Below are positions 37,249-46,152 of a stretch of DNA of 64,000 nt, in pieces. Positions within the stretch are counted from its first letter, which is position 1; each line of letters starts with the position of its first letter. The notes under the pieces were generated by a model, which was not told the origin of the DNA, did not search any database, and saw only the letters and a list, made by a program, of their open reading frames with translations. Location of the stretch: assembly GCA_035482045.1 (NCBI GenBank), contig DATHRD010000015.1, positions 14,597 to 78,596 of the forward strand. The letters run 5' to 3'. The position numbers and the translations under genes are program-made. The stretch is from Thermoanaerobaculia bacterium (GTDB lineage: Bacteria > Acidobacteriota > Thermoanaerobaculia > Gp7-AA8).

Positions 37249-37926
37249 ATGTCCCGCAAAGAACTGTTCGAAAAAGTGTCGCTGGAGCAGATCATCGGTG
37301 TCGTGCGTGAAGAGAGCGTCGAGGCCGCTGAGTCGGTGGCCGAGGCGTATGCGCGCAACGGTATCCGCCTCCTGGAGGTGACGTTGACGACGCCCAAGGC
37401 GTTCGACCTCATTGCCCGATTCGCGCAGAAGTACGCGCCGCTCGACGTCGTCATCGCCGCGGGCACCGTGCGCAGTTCAAACGACGCCGCACAGGCACAG
37501 CGGGCTGGCGCAAGGGTCATCGTCTCGCCCCACACCGACGTGGGCGTGATCGAGTACGCGAATGAGAACGATCTTCTCTGCGTCGCCGGCGCCGGTACAG
37601 CCACGGAAATCGTTCGTGCATTCGAGGCTGGCTGCGACATCGTGAAGGTGTTCCCGGCGCTCTACCTCGGCGGTCCCGACTACATCCGAACACTGCGCGG
37701 TCCGATTCGCGACGTGCCGATGCTGGCCGGCGGCCCGGTGCCGCTCGACGCGATCGAAAGCTATCTCGATGCCGGCTGCATCGCCGTGAACCTCGGAGCC
37801 TCGCTGGCCGTGCCGGAGTTGGTGCAGACCGAGCAGTGGGAGGAGATCGGCCGCCGCGCGCTTCTGGCGACCTCGATTGTGCAGTCGCGCAACGTCGCCG
37901 TCGAGTCCGACTCTTACGTCCACTGA
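37249..37926 (+). CDS. eda: KDPG / 4-hydroxy-2-oxoglutarate aldolase family protein
   Basis: IRLLEVTLTTP, IAAGTVRS, GTATEIVRAFEAGCDIVKVFPA. Confidence 0.7.
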   Translation: MSRKELFEKVSLEQIIGVVREESVEAAESVAEAYARNGIRLLEVTLTTPKAFDLIARFAQKYAPLDVVIAAGTVRSSNDAAQAQRAGARVIVSPHTDVGVIEYANENDLLCVAGAGTATEIVRAFEAGCDIVKVFPALYLGGPDYIRTLRGPIRDVPMLAGGPVPLDAIESYLDAGCIAVNLGASLAVPELVQTEQWEEIGRRALLATSIVQSRNVAVESDSYVH

Positions 37927-37928
37927 TC

Positions 37929-39239
37929 GTGAGCGGATTGATTCAGAAGGCATACCTCGTTCCGGGGCAGCCGCATATTCTCCTTGCGCCGGACCGCAGC
38001 TCGGGCTGGGCGTCGCTCCGGCAGAGCTACGAGGCGATCGGCCGTGAGATCGAACGCTCCGGCGCGGAGCTGATGCTGCTCTATTCGACGCAATGGTTCT
38101 CCGTCATCGGCCATCTTTTCCAGACCGCTCCGAATCCGAAATGGACGTTGGTCGATCAAAACTGGTACGAGCTCGGCGAGATCCCCTATTCGTTCCGCGT
38201 CGATCCGGAGTTCGGAACGCTCTACGCCGGCATCTGCAAGGATCTCGGCATGCAGACGGCGACCGTCGACTATCACGGCTTCCCGATCGACACCGGTACC
38301 GTCGTCGCTCTCAAGCTGCTCAATCCCAACAATGCCGTGCCCGCGTCCGTGGTCTCGTGCAACATCTACGCGGAGCGCGATGAGACACGCGCCCTCGGCC
38401 GCGCCGCCCGGACCGCGATCGACCGCTACGGCAGAAAGACGATCGTCGTGGTGGTCTCGAATCTCTCCAACCGCTACGAGGTCGGCGACATCGACCCGGC
38501 ACAGGACCACATCTCCTCGTCGAAGGACGACGAATGGAACCGCAAGATCCTGGAGATGCTGGGCGAAGGCCGGCTCGAGGATGTGGCCCAGGTTGCCCGC
38601 GAGTTCGGCCGCGAGGCCAATGCCGACATGGGTTTCAAGGCCATCTGGTGGCTGGGCGCGCTCGCGGGCGAGAACAACAAGTACGACGGCAAGGTGTGGG
38701 ACTACCAGCCGGTCTGGGGTACGGGAAACGCGCTCGTCGAGCTGACGCCCAATCTGCACAAGGAGCTCGACTTCGAGAAGGAGTTCGACGAGGGGCCCGT
38801 CGATGCAGGAACGGGGCTGGAATCGCACAACGTGATCGCCGGCGGTTCAGAGGCGCTCGAGTCGGGCTTCAAGATCATCGCGCCCCAGGCTGCTTCTCCC
38901 GTCGGTGCCTATCCTCACGCACGCCGCGTTGGCGATCTGCTCTTCCTTTCCGGCATCGGGCCGCGGCGGCCGGTCACCAATGAAATCCCCGAAGGGATCG
39001 AGGCTCAGACGCGGGCCGCGGTCGACAATGTCCGGGCGATTCTCGAAGCGGCGGGCAGCTCGCTGGAGAAAATCCTGGACGTGACTGTCTATTTGACTGA
39101 CATGAAAGGCGACTTCGAGCGATTCAACCGGGTTTATACCGAGGTCCTCGGGATGATCCAGCCCACACGCACCACCGTGGGGGTCGACTCGTTGCCGACC
39201 CCGATCTCCGTCGAGATGAAGATCATCGCGTCAGCCTGA
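37929..39239 (+). CDS. class III extradiol ring-cleavage dioxygenase (LigB family) fused to a C-terminal RidA/YjgF-like domain
   Basis: GTG start immediately after the eda stop. C-terminal AYPHARRVGDLLFLSGIGP...VTVYLTDM is RidA-like. N-terminal about 300 aa is LigB-like. Confidence 0.45.
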   Translation: MSGLIQKAYLVPGQPHILLAPDRSSGWASLRQSYEAIGREIERSGAELMLLYSTQWFSVIGHLFQTAPNPKWTLVDQNWYELGEIPYSFRVDPEFGTLYAGICKDLGMQTATVDYHGFPIDTGTVVALKLLNPNNAVPASVVSCNIYAERDETRALGRAARTAIDRYGRKTIVVVVSNLSNRYEVGDIDPAQDHISSSKDDEWNRKILEMLGEGRLEDVAQVAREFGREANADMGFKAIWWLGALAGENNKYDGKVWDYQPVWGTGNALVELTPNLHKELDFEKEFDEGPVDAGTGLESHNVIAGGSEALESGFKIIAPQAASPVGAYPHARRVGDLLFLSGIGPRRPVTNEIPEGIEAQTRAAVDNVRAILEAAGSSLEKILDVTVYLTDMKGDFERFNRVYTEVLGMIQPTRTTVGVDSLPTPISVEMKIIASA

Positions 39240-39868
39240 TGACTCTCATCGACATTTCGCCTGTGATCGATGCCGCGATCAACGTCTGGCCGGGCGATAC
39301 ACCGTTCGTACGGACGATCAACGCCGACTTGAACGACGGCGCGAACCTGACGCTCAGCGACATCCGGACGTCGCTGCACGTCGGCGCGCATGCCGACGCG
39401 CCGAGCCATTACGTCGCGAACGGCGCCGACATCGCCTCGCGGCCGCTCGATCTCTACCTCGGCCTCTGCGTCGTTGTACACGTCGACGTCGCGCGCGGGG
39501 AGCGAATTACGCCCGACCATGTCGCGGACAAGTGCGAGGCTCTCACTGCACCGCGCGTCCTCTTTCGCACGGGGACGTTTCCCGACCATCGCCACTGGAA
39601 CAACGACTTCGCCAGCCTCTCACCCGAGCTGGTCGACGATCTCCACCACCACGGCGTTCGCCTCATCGGCATCGACACCCCCTCGGTCGATCCGTTCGAC
39701 TCGAAAGCGCTCGAGGCGCATCAAGCCTTCGCCAGGAACGACATGGCCATGCTCGAGGGACTCGTGCTCGACGGTGTCGAAGAAAGGGAGTACGAGCTGA
39801 TCGCTCTGCCGCTGCGAATCAAGGGTGCCGATGCCAGTCCCCTGCGGGCGGTGCTGCGAACGCTGTGA
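39239..39868 (+). CDS. cyclase-family protein (kynurenine formamidase KynB-like)
   Basis: HVGAHADAPSHY metal-binding motif of the cyclase / arylformamidase family. Confidence 0.6.
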   Translation: MTLIDISPVIDAAINVWPGDTPFVRTINADLNDGANLTLSDIRTSLHVGAHADAPSHYVANGADIASRPLDLYLGLCVVVHVDVARGERITPDHVADKCEALTAPRVLFRTGTFPDHRHWNNDFASLSPELVDDLHHHGVRLIGIDTPSVDPFDSKALEAHQAFARNDMAMLEGLVLDGVEEREYELIALPLRIKGADASPLRAVLRTL

Positions 39869-39879
39869 CCGAGGCCCCA

Positions 39880-40215
39880 GAGTCGATGTTTTGTCTCCCG
39901 GAGCAAAAGCTTTGACTCCCAGAGCCCAAGTCTTGACTCCCAGAGTCGAAGTTTTGACTGACAGAGTCGAAGTTTTGACTCCCGGAGTCGAAGTTTTGAC
40001 TCCCGGAGTCGCACTTTAGACTCCCAGAGTCGCACTTTAGACTCCCAGAGTCGCACTTTAGACTTCCGGAGTCGCACTTTAGACTTCCGGAGTCGCACTT
40101 TAGACTTCCGGAGTCGCACTTTAGACTCCCAGAGTCGCACTTTAGACTCTCAGAGTCGCACTTTAGACTCTCAGAGTCGCACTTTAGACTCTCAGAGTCG
40201 ATGCTTAGGCTCACT
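39880..40215. repeat. tandem array of about 15 copies of a 21-bp unit GAGTCGCACTTTAGACTCCCA, forming continuous alternating palindromes GAGTC...GACTC
   Basis: Early copies are the variant gagtcgaagttttgactccc[ag]. Later copies are gagtcgcactttagact[ct]cc[ag]. Lies in a convergent 3-prime/3-prime intergenic region. Confidence 0.85.
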
Positions 40216-40257
40216 GAGCGCCCTCGAGGCCCGAATAGCGGAACTTAACGGCGCCGG

Positions 40258-41316
40258 CTAGAGGCTCCGGTAGACCTCCATCAGTCTGGCGGCCGCTCTC
40301 TCGTAACCGAAGAGCTCCGATTGTTCGTACGCGCGTCGGCGGAGATCGGCGAGGTCACCGTTCGATGCCGCAATCACCTTCGAGGCCGTTGCATCCGGTG
40401 TTCCGTTATCGGCAATGAGCCGCGGTGCGAGATCGCCGAGCAGCGCGGACATCCCTTCGAGCGGAAACGTGACCGGCACGACCCCGCAGGCCATCGCCTC
40501 GAGAACCGCACGATGTCCTTCATCCGAGCCGCGGGCGGTGAAGAGGAGGACATCCGCGGCCCGGTAATACTCGGCAAGATCGTCCTCATGGTAACCGGCC
40601 CAGATCACGTCGATCGCGAGATCGCGCGCCAGGTTTTCGAGTGCGGGCCTGTGTTCGCCGTGTCCCACGATCATGAGGCGCGCGTTCGCGATCTCGCGCC
40701 GCACCAGGGAAAAGGTTCGCAGTACTTTTTCGAAGCCACGACCCTTCGAAAGCTTGCCGATCGCCAGCAGGAGCAAAACCTCCGGGCCGAGGCCGTAGTG
40801 TTCGCGGACGTCGCGTCCGATGGGAGTGAATTGCCGCTGAGGAATCGGCGGAGGAGTGAATTGAGGCTCGTGCCCGCGGATCGGCAAGGCATCGATAAAC
40901 GAGTCGTTGACGACGCAGATCCGGGCGGTGCGGGCGATCAGCCATCTCGTGAACAGATCGCCTCGTATCGCGCGCCGCGCGTGAAACGTTCGCACGACTT
41001 CAGTCCGCTTGCCGCGCGTTGCGAAATACGCGAGCCAATGGTCGTAGGTGAGGTGCGCGTGAATGACCTCGAATCGGTGATGATCGATGAGCCGCCCGAT
41101 CGTGTCGGCGGTGCTTGCGAACGAAAAGGGGTTCTGCGCTTTGGCGATGATGGGGTGCGCGAAATCGTGATGCCCGATCTTTTTCTGCAGCTTGTAGCCG
41201 CCGACGTATGCGAAGTGCGCGTCGACGCCGGCTTCCCGAAGCGCCTCTGTTTCGGCAAACGCCGGGGCGGCCGCGCCGGTCCATCGATTGCCGGCGGCGA
41301 GGTGGAGGACTTTCAT
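40258..41316 (-). CDS. GT4-family glycosyltransferase
   Basis: C-terminal EGHRAVLEAMACGVPVV-like motif (E...E). Start MKVLHLAAGNRWTGAA. Confidence 0.75.
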   Translation of the reverse strand: MKVLHLAAGNRWTGAAAPAFAETEALREAGVDAHFAYVGGYKLQKKIGHHDFAHPIIAKAQNPFSFASTADTIGRLIDHHRFEVIHAHLTYDHWLAYFATRGKRTEVVRTFHARRAIRGDLFTRWLIARTARICVVNDSFIDALPIRGHEPQFTPPPIPQRQFTPIGRDVREHYGLGPEVLLLLAIGKLSKGRGFEKVLRTFSLVRREIANARLMIVGHGEHRPALENLARDLAIDVIWAGYHEDDLAEYYRAADVLLFTARGSDEGHRAVLEAMACGVVPVTFPLEGMSALLGDLAPRLIADNGTPDATASKVIAASNGDLADLRRRAYEQSELFGYERAAARLMEVYRSL

Positions 41317-41319
41317 GCG

Positions 41320-41414
41320 GTTTTGTGGCTGCGGTCTTGCGGTCGCGGAGTGAAAGGCGGCGCTTCCGCGCAACCTCGCAACCGCGAGACCGCGATGTTA
41401 CACTCCGCGCCGCC
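41320..41414. repeat. GCGGTC / GACCGC palindromic element directly abutting two divergent start codons
   Basis: gcggtcttgcggtcgcgg ... cgcaaccgcgagaccgcg ATG. Left arm abuts the GT4 ATG on the minus strand. Confidence 0.75.
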
Positions 41415-41654
41415 ATGGCAATTCAGCCTCAGCTCCTCGAAATACTGGCCTGCCCGATCTGCAAGGAAGAGGTCCGACCCGTGCCTCTTTCGGATGCACG
41501 CCGCGTTACGGTACGCGACAAATTCCGCGACAAGATGCGCGGCGAGGAGCTCGTCGTCGAAGAGGGGCTGCAGTGCGTGAAGTGTCACCGTGTTTATCCC
41601 ATCGTCAGCGACATTCCGGTAATGCTCCTCGACGAAGCGTTCGAAGAAGCGTGA
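41415..41654 (+). CDS. Trm112/YcaR-like small zinc-ribbon protein (UPF0434)
   Basis: LEILACPICK...LQCVKCHRVYPIVSDIPVML. Confidence 0.7.
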   Translation: MAIQPQLLEILACPICKEEVRPVPLSDARRVTVRDKFRDKMRGEELVVEEGLQCVKCHRVYPIVSDIPVMLLDEAFEEA

Positions 41655-41663
41655 CGCCCGCCC

Positions 41664-42872
41664 GTGTCTCTCGCCAGACGTCTCGGCCTTCCTGAAGAGA
41701 CGCCCAAACCGGTCGCGCTGGCAGTCCTCTTTTACCTCGGTCATCTTTTCTGCGCCGGTTGGGCGGCCTCGTCCGAGATATTCGCGTTCGCGACGATGGT
41801 GACGGTCGGCTATGCGCTCTACCGGCGCCTGCTGGTCCCCTCGTTTCACATCCTCTACGTTCCGTTGGCGTTGTATGGACTCGACTCGACGGTCTCCTCG
41901 TTCGTGGCGGGCCGTCACATCCACACCTTCGGCGAGAGCGCGCTCTGGGGAAAGATGTTTCTCTTCCCGGCGGCGCTGATTCTCTTTCGAAACGTCCCAC
42001 GGAGCCGCGTGGCGGCTCTGCGGATGCTTCTCATCTTCGGCGTCTTCTCGGCGGGCTACGGCTTTGTGCAGTATTTTGCGCTGAGCGCACACCACGATCT
42101 CGATCACCGCATCACCGGCCCCGCGGCGCACGTGATGACTCTGTCGGGATTGCTCCTGCCCGTGGCGCTTTTGTTTCTCGTACTCTGGATCTACGACCTG
42201 CGCAATATGTTGCTCATCGCCGGCGTGGCGATGACGCACTTTGCTCTGCTGCTCACGTTCACACGCAGCGTGTGGCTTGGCTGGGTCGCGGCCGTGGCCG
42301 TCCTGCTCGTGCTGAAGTGGCCGAAAGCGTTGGCCTGGGCGGTGCCGGTGGCCATTCTGGCCGTCAGTTTCGCTCCGCTGCCCTTTTTCAGCAGGGTTGT
42401 CTCCAGCTTTGACGTGAGGCAGTCGTCGAACCTCGATCGAATCCGGATGGCGGAAGCCGGCATCGAGATCATCAAGGACTACCCGCTTTTCGGCGTAGGT
42501 CCGGCGAACGTCAAGGAAACCTATCCCCTTTACCGCAAGCACGATGCGCCCCGCTTCCGTATCCCACACCTGCACAACAACGTCATCCAGCTCTGGGCTG
42601 AGCGGGGGATCCTCGGGCTGGTGGCCTACCTCTTCCTCCAGTTTCTCTTCCTGCGCGCGTGTGCCCATGCTTGGGGGGGGCCGGCCACGAAGTTCGCGGA
42701 GGCCGGCGTCGCCGTGGCGGTCGGGCTGGCCGTGGCCGGCCTGTTCGAGTTCAACTTCGGCGATACCGAAGTCTTCTGGATGCTGCTGGACGTCTTCGCG
42801 CTCGTGATCGCCTTCATCGAACGGCCTCAGCCGTCGAATGAAGCCCTGTCGGCTGGTGTTCCGGGATCGTAA
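41664..42872 (+). CDS. O-antigen ligase / Wzy_C-domain polytopic membrane protein
   Basis: IPHLHNNVIQLWAERGILG matches the H..N....E.G signature of WaaL/Wzy_C. Confidence 0.6.
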   Translation: MSLARRLGLPEETPKPVALAVLFYLGHLFCAGWAASSEIFAFATMVTVGYALYRRLLVPSFHILYVPLALYGLDSTVSSFVAGRHIHTFGESALWGKMFLFPAALILFRNVPRSRVAALRMLLIFGVFSAGYGFVQYFALSAHHDLDHRITGPAAHVMTLSGLLLPVALLFLVLWIYDLRNMLLIAGVAMTHFALLLTFTRSVWLGWVAAVAVLLVLKWPKALAWAVPVAILAVSFAPLPFFSRVVSSFDVRQSSNLDRIRMAEAGIEIIKDYPLFGVGPANVKETYPLYRKHDAPRFRIPHLHNNVIQLWAERGILGLVAYLFLQFLFLRACAHAWGGPATKFAEAGVAVAVGLAVAGLFEFNFGDTEVFWMLLDVFALVIAFIERPQPSNEALSAGVPGS

Positions 42873-42974
42873 CCTTATCCCTGCCAGCCAGCGTCTGGAG
42901 AAGAAAACCGGTTGTAACCTTTCCCCGCGAGCTTGCGTCAAGTAGAGAGAACCGGGCCCGTAACCTTTCCCAGC

Positions 42975-43586
42975 ATGCCTTCGTCAAAGAAGAGAAACCG
43001 GGATTTGAAACGCCTGACCGATCAGGAGTTGATGGATCTCGTTCAGGCGGGTGATTTTTCTCCCGCCGCGGAGATTTACGAACGCTATTCGAGCCGTATC
43101 TACAGTTTTGCCTACCGCTTCCTGAGGAACAGCGAGGCGGCCGAGGACATAACCCAGGAAGTCTTCATCAAGATCATGAAACGCGCGGCCCAGTTTCACG
43201 GTGGATCAAAACTTTCGACGTGGCTTCTCGCAATCACGGCCAATTCCTGCCGCGACCACCTGAGGAAACAGGAGAACAGGCCGAAAGCAGGAGAGGATGT
43301 TTTGATCGAACTTCCCGCGCCATACGAGCTCTCGCCGGAGCGGTACATGGAGCGGCGCGACGCGGAAAGACGGATTCAGGAAGCGCTGACGGTGCTCACG
43401 CCCGACCAGCGCGAAGCCATTCTGCTCTCGCGGTACCAGGGACTCTCGTACGCCGAGATCGCGCAGGTTGCCGGTTGTTCGGAGGGAGCGGTGAAGACGA
43501 GAGTATTTCGCGCCATGGAGGTGCTGAAGAAAGCGCTGACCGGCGGTGCCCATGGAGGTGACCAATGCCTGACTGTGATGCCATGA
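42975..43586 (+). CDS. ECF-type sigma factor
   Basis: Sigma-70 regions 2 and 4 (SYAEIAQVAGCSEGAVKTRVFRA). Confidence 0.8.
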   Translation: MPSSKKRNRDLKRLTDQELMDLVQAGDFSPAAEIYERYSSRIYSFAYRFLRNSEAAEDITQEVFIKIMKRAAQFHGGSKLSTWLLAITANSCRDHLRKQENRPKAGEDVLIELPAPYELSPERYMERRDAERRIQEALTVLTPDQREAILLSRYQGLSYAEIAQVAGCSEGAVKTRVFRAMEVLKKALTGGAHGGDQCLTVMP

Positions 43587-44584
43587 GAGAAAACATGCCC
43601 CTGCTGCTGACCGAGTCGCTGGACCCGGTGCAGCGTGAGCTGACCCATCAGCACATCGAAACGTGCCCGGCCTGCACCAGAGACTGGTCTTCGTACAAAG
43701 AGACCTGGCGGATGCTCGACAGCCTTCCAGAGCTGGAAGTACCGGCTCGCGTGAAGCAGCGTTTCCTGGCCGGGATCGCACCGGAGCTTGCGGAAACGAA
43801 TGTTGTTCCATTCCATCGCGGTCGAGCGGTCCGCTGGCTGGCGCAGGCGGCAGCGATCGTCATCGTCGGCGGCAGCGCGTTCTATGCCGGCCACCGTGTG
43901 GCACCAAGGGTTCAGCTCAACCCGACAGAGGCAAGGGTGAGTGGTGTTCAGCAGCTTGTGCCTGCGGCCGCCTATTCGATCGCGGAATCGCGCGTCCTTC
44001 CCGCGGCTTCGATCAGCCCGCAAATCGAGGGACGGCCCGACATCCAGAACGTGCAATTCACCGATGCCACGCCGTCAAACGATCAGATCGGCGTCTCATT
44101 CGACATCACGTCTCACGTGACCGTGACCGGGCATCCGACAGACAAGAGCATGGTCAGCCTGTTGCGCTACGTTCTCGAGAACGAAGACCGGGAGTCGCCG
44201 TCGCGCTCGCGTGCCATCGACTGGGTCCGTTCGACGTACTCGCGTGTCGACAAGCCGGCCCCGGAGATCATCGACGCGCTGGCGAACGTGTTGCGCAACG
44301 ACCAGCACCAGGGTGTGCGCATCAAAGCCGCCGACACGCTGCAGTCGCTGCGGTCGGCGATGACCGACAGCACACGTGATGCGCTCGTCGAGGCGTTGAA
44401 AAACGATCCCAACCCGGCCGTCCGCATCAAAGCGGTCGAGGCATTGGCGAAGCTCGCGCGCAGCGGCGCCCCCCTCGATCCGGGGATGGTCGACATGCTC
44501 CGCCAGAAGGCTTCACAGGGTGACGAGAATGTTTATGTCCGCGTCAAAGCGGCAGAGGCACTGAGCAGCATTCAACCCCGATGA
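43565..44584 (+). CDS. anti-sigma factor: N-terminal zinc finger, TM helix, periplasmic HEAT-repeat domain
   Basis: HQHIETCPACTRDW. TM segment LAQAAAIVIVGGSAFYAG. C-terminal repeats ...VRIKAADTL... / ...VRIKAVEAL... / ...VRVKAAEAL.... Confidence 0.6.
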   Translation: MPDCDAMRENMPLLLTESLDPVQRELTHQHIETCPACTRDWSSYKETWRMLDSLPELEVPARVKQRFLAGIAPELAETNVVPFHRGRAVRWLAQAAAIVIVGGSAFYAGHRVAPRVQLNPTEARVSGVQQLVPAAAYSIAESRVLPAASISPQIEGRPDIQNVQFTDATPSNDQIGVSFDITSHVTVTGHPTDKSMVSLLRYVLENEDRESPSRSRAIDWVRSTYSRVDKPAPEIIDALANVLRNDQHQGVRIKAADTLQSLRSAMTDSTRDALVEALKNDPNPAVRIKAVEALAKLARSGAPLDPGMVDMLRQKASQGDENVYVRVKAAEALSSIQPR

Positions 44585-46143
44585 GATTGACGATACGAAT
44601 TTCCATTGCGGCTGTGACGGTGCTCTTCGCGGCGCAGCTCTTCGGCGCAGCGTTTGCGCCGGGCAACCGCATCGTGCGGGAGTTTCCAATCGATCCCGCC
44701 GGATCGATCTGGATCGAGAATCCCTTCGGCACCGTCGAAGTGATCGGCGGCGAGGGGAAGCTCGTCTCCGTCACGGCCGATCGGGTGATAACGGCCCCGG
44801 ATGCAGCCTCGATGAAGGACGCCGCGGACAGCGTGGGGATCGACTTCAAGGGCGACACGAAAGCTCTGCTCATGTGGACGGTCTTCCCCCCGGCGCATAA
44901 CGCGCGTTGGAACGTGGCGGTCAACTACGTGGTCCGGGTTCCCCGCGGCGTCAGCGTCAAGGTCGACTCGAAGCTGGCAGAGCACATCCGGGTATCGCAC
45001 CTGAGCGGCGGCGTCACGATCAACGGATTCGCCGGGACGGTGATCCTGGACGACGTCGCAGGAGCATCCTCGATCAGCATGGTCAATGGCCGGATCGTCT
45101 ACGACTACGCGCAGCGGCCTGTCTCGAAGGCGGTGGTGCAGGCGGTCAATGCCGACATCGACATCTACCTGCCTCCCAACTCGAGCTTCGATTGGATCGC
45201 GAACACGATCAACGGCGACATTCTGACGACGTTCCCCGTTCGCGGCGGCCGTTTCAGTGGAACGATATTCCACGGCACGGTCGGCTCGGGAGGGCCGACG
45301 ATCGACACGACGACGATGATGGGCCGCATCCTCGTGCAGGCCAAGGGAACGAAATTAAGTCAGGCCCAATCGGTGCGGGTCAACCAGGCCAGTCATCAGC
45401 CGGTTCCCGGCGATGTGCTGCTTCAGCCGCCGGTGAAGATTCAGTTGCCGTTCGTCAACGGCGACTTCAATTCGGCGGCCTCGGTAGCCGATGTCACGAT
45501 CAGCGAGGTGCGCGGCAACGCACATATCGTCTTCGGAGCCGGCCGGGTGGAGCTGGGTGCTGTCTATGGCCAGTGCAACGTGACCTCGATGGGGGGACCG
45601 CTGAACCTTGGCGACATCATCGGCGCACTCTTCGCGCATACGGGCGCCGGTGACATCTACGTGCGTGTCGCCCGGATGGGGGGACAGGTTACGACGGACG
45701 GCGGCACCATTCGCGTCATCGTTGCCGGTGGGCCGATGACGTTGCGTTCCGGCGGCGGTGACATCATCGTGCGCCAGGCTTCCGCGGCGATCGACGCCGA
45801 GACTACCTCCGGCGACGTCACGCTGACGGCAGATCCCAAACAGAAGACGCTCAAGGCCACGGCCCGCACACTGCAGGGAAATATCATCCTGAACGTCAGT
45901 CCACACTTCGCGGCGGACATCGACGCCACGATCCTGACAAGCGATCCCGACGTGAACGAGATGCACATCGACTTCAACGGTATCTCGGTGCGCCGCGAGC
46001 AGGTCGGCAATAAAACACGCATCCACGCCACCGGCAAGATCAACGGAGGCGGGGAGCGCGTCGAGCTCTACGCCGAGGAAGGCGACATCCATATCTCCGC
46101 GCACACGATCACCCCGATCAAAGTGGCCTCGCCGAAGCGGTAA
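44581..46143 (+). CDS. secreted DUF4097-type beta-strand repeat (putative adhesin) protein
   Basis: Signal peptide MRLTIRISIAAVTVLFAAQLFGAAFA. Repeated SGDV..T / GG.I beta-strand units. In an operon with the sigma / anti-sigma pair. Confidence 0.55.
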   Translation: MRLTIRISIAAVTVLFAAQLFGAAFAPGNRIVREFPIDPAGSIWIENPFGTVEVIGGEGKLVSVTADRVITAPDAASMKDAADSVGIDFKGDTKALLMWTVFPPAHNARWNVAVNYVVRVPRGVSVKVDSKLAEHIRVSHLSGGVTINGFAGTVILDDVAGASSISMVNGRIVYDYAQRPVSKAVVQAVNADIDIYLPPNSSFDWIANTINGDILTTFPVRGGRFSGTIFHGTVGSGGPTIDTTTMMGRILVQAKGTKLSQAQSVRVNQASHQPVPGDVLLQPPVKIQLPFVNGDFNSAASVADVTISEVRGNAHIVFGAGRVELGAVYGQCNVTSMGGPLNLGDIIGALFAHTGAGDIYVRVARMGGQVTTDGGTIRVIVAGGPMTLRSGGGDIIVRQASAAIDAETTSGDVTLTADPKQKTLKATARTLQGNIILNVSPHFAADIDATILTSDPDVNEMHIDFNGISVRREQVGNKTRIHATGKINGGGERVELYAEEGDIHISAHTITPIKVASPKR

Positions 46144-46152
46144 CGGTGTCGG

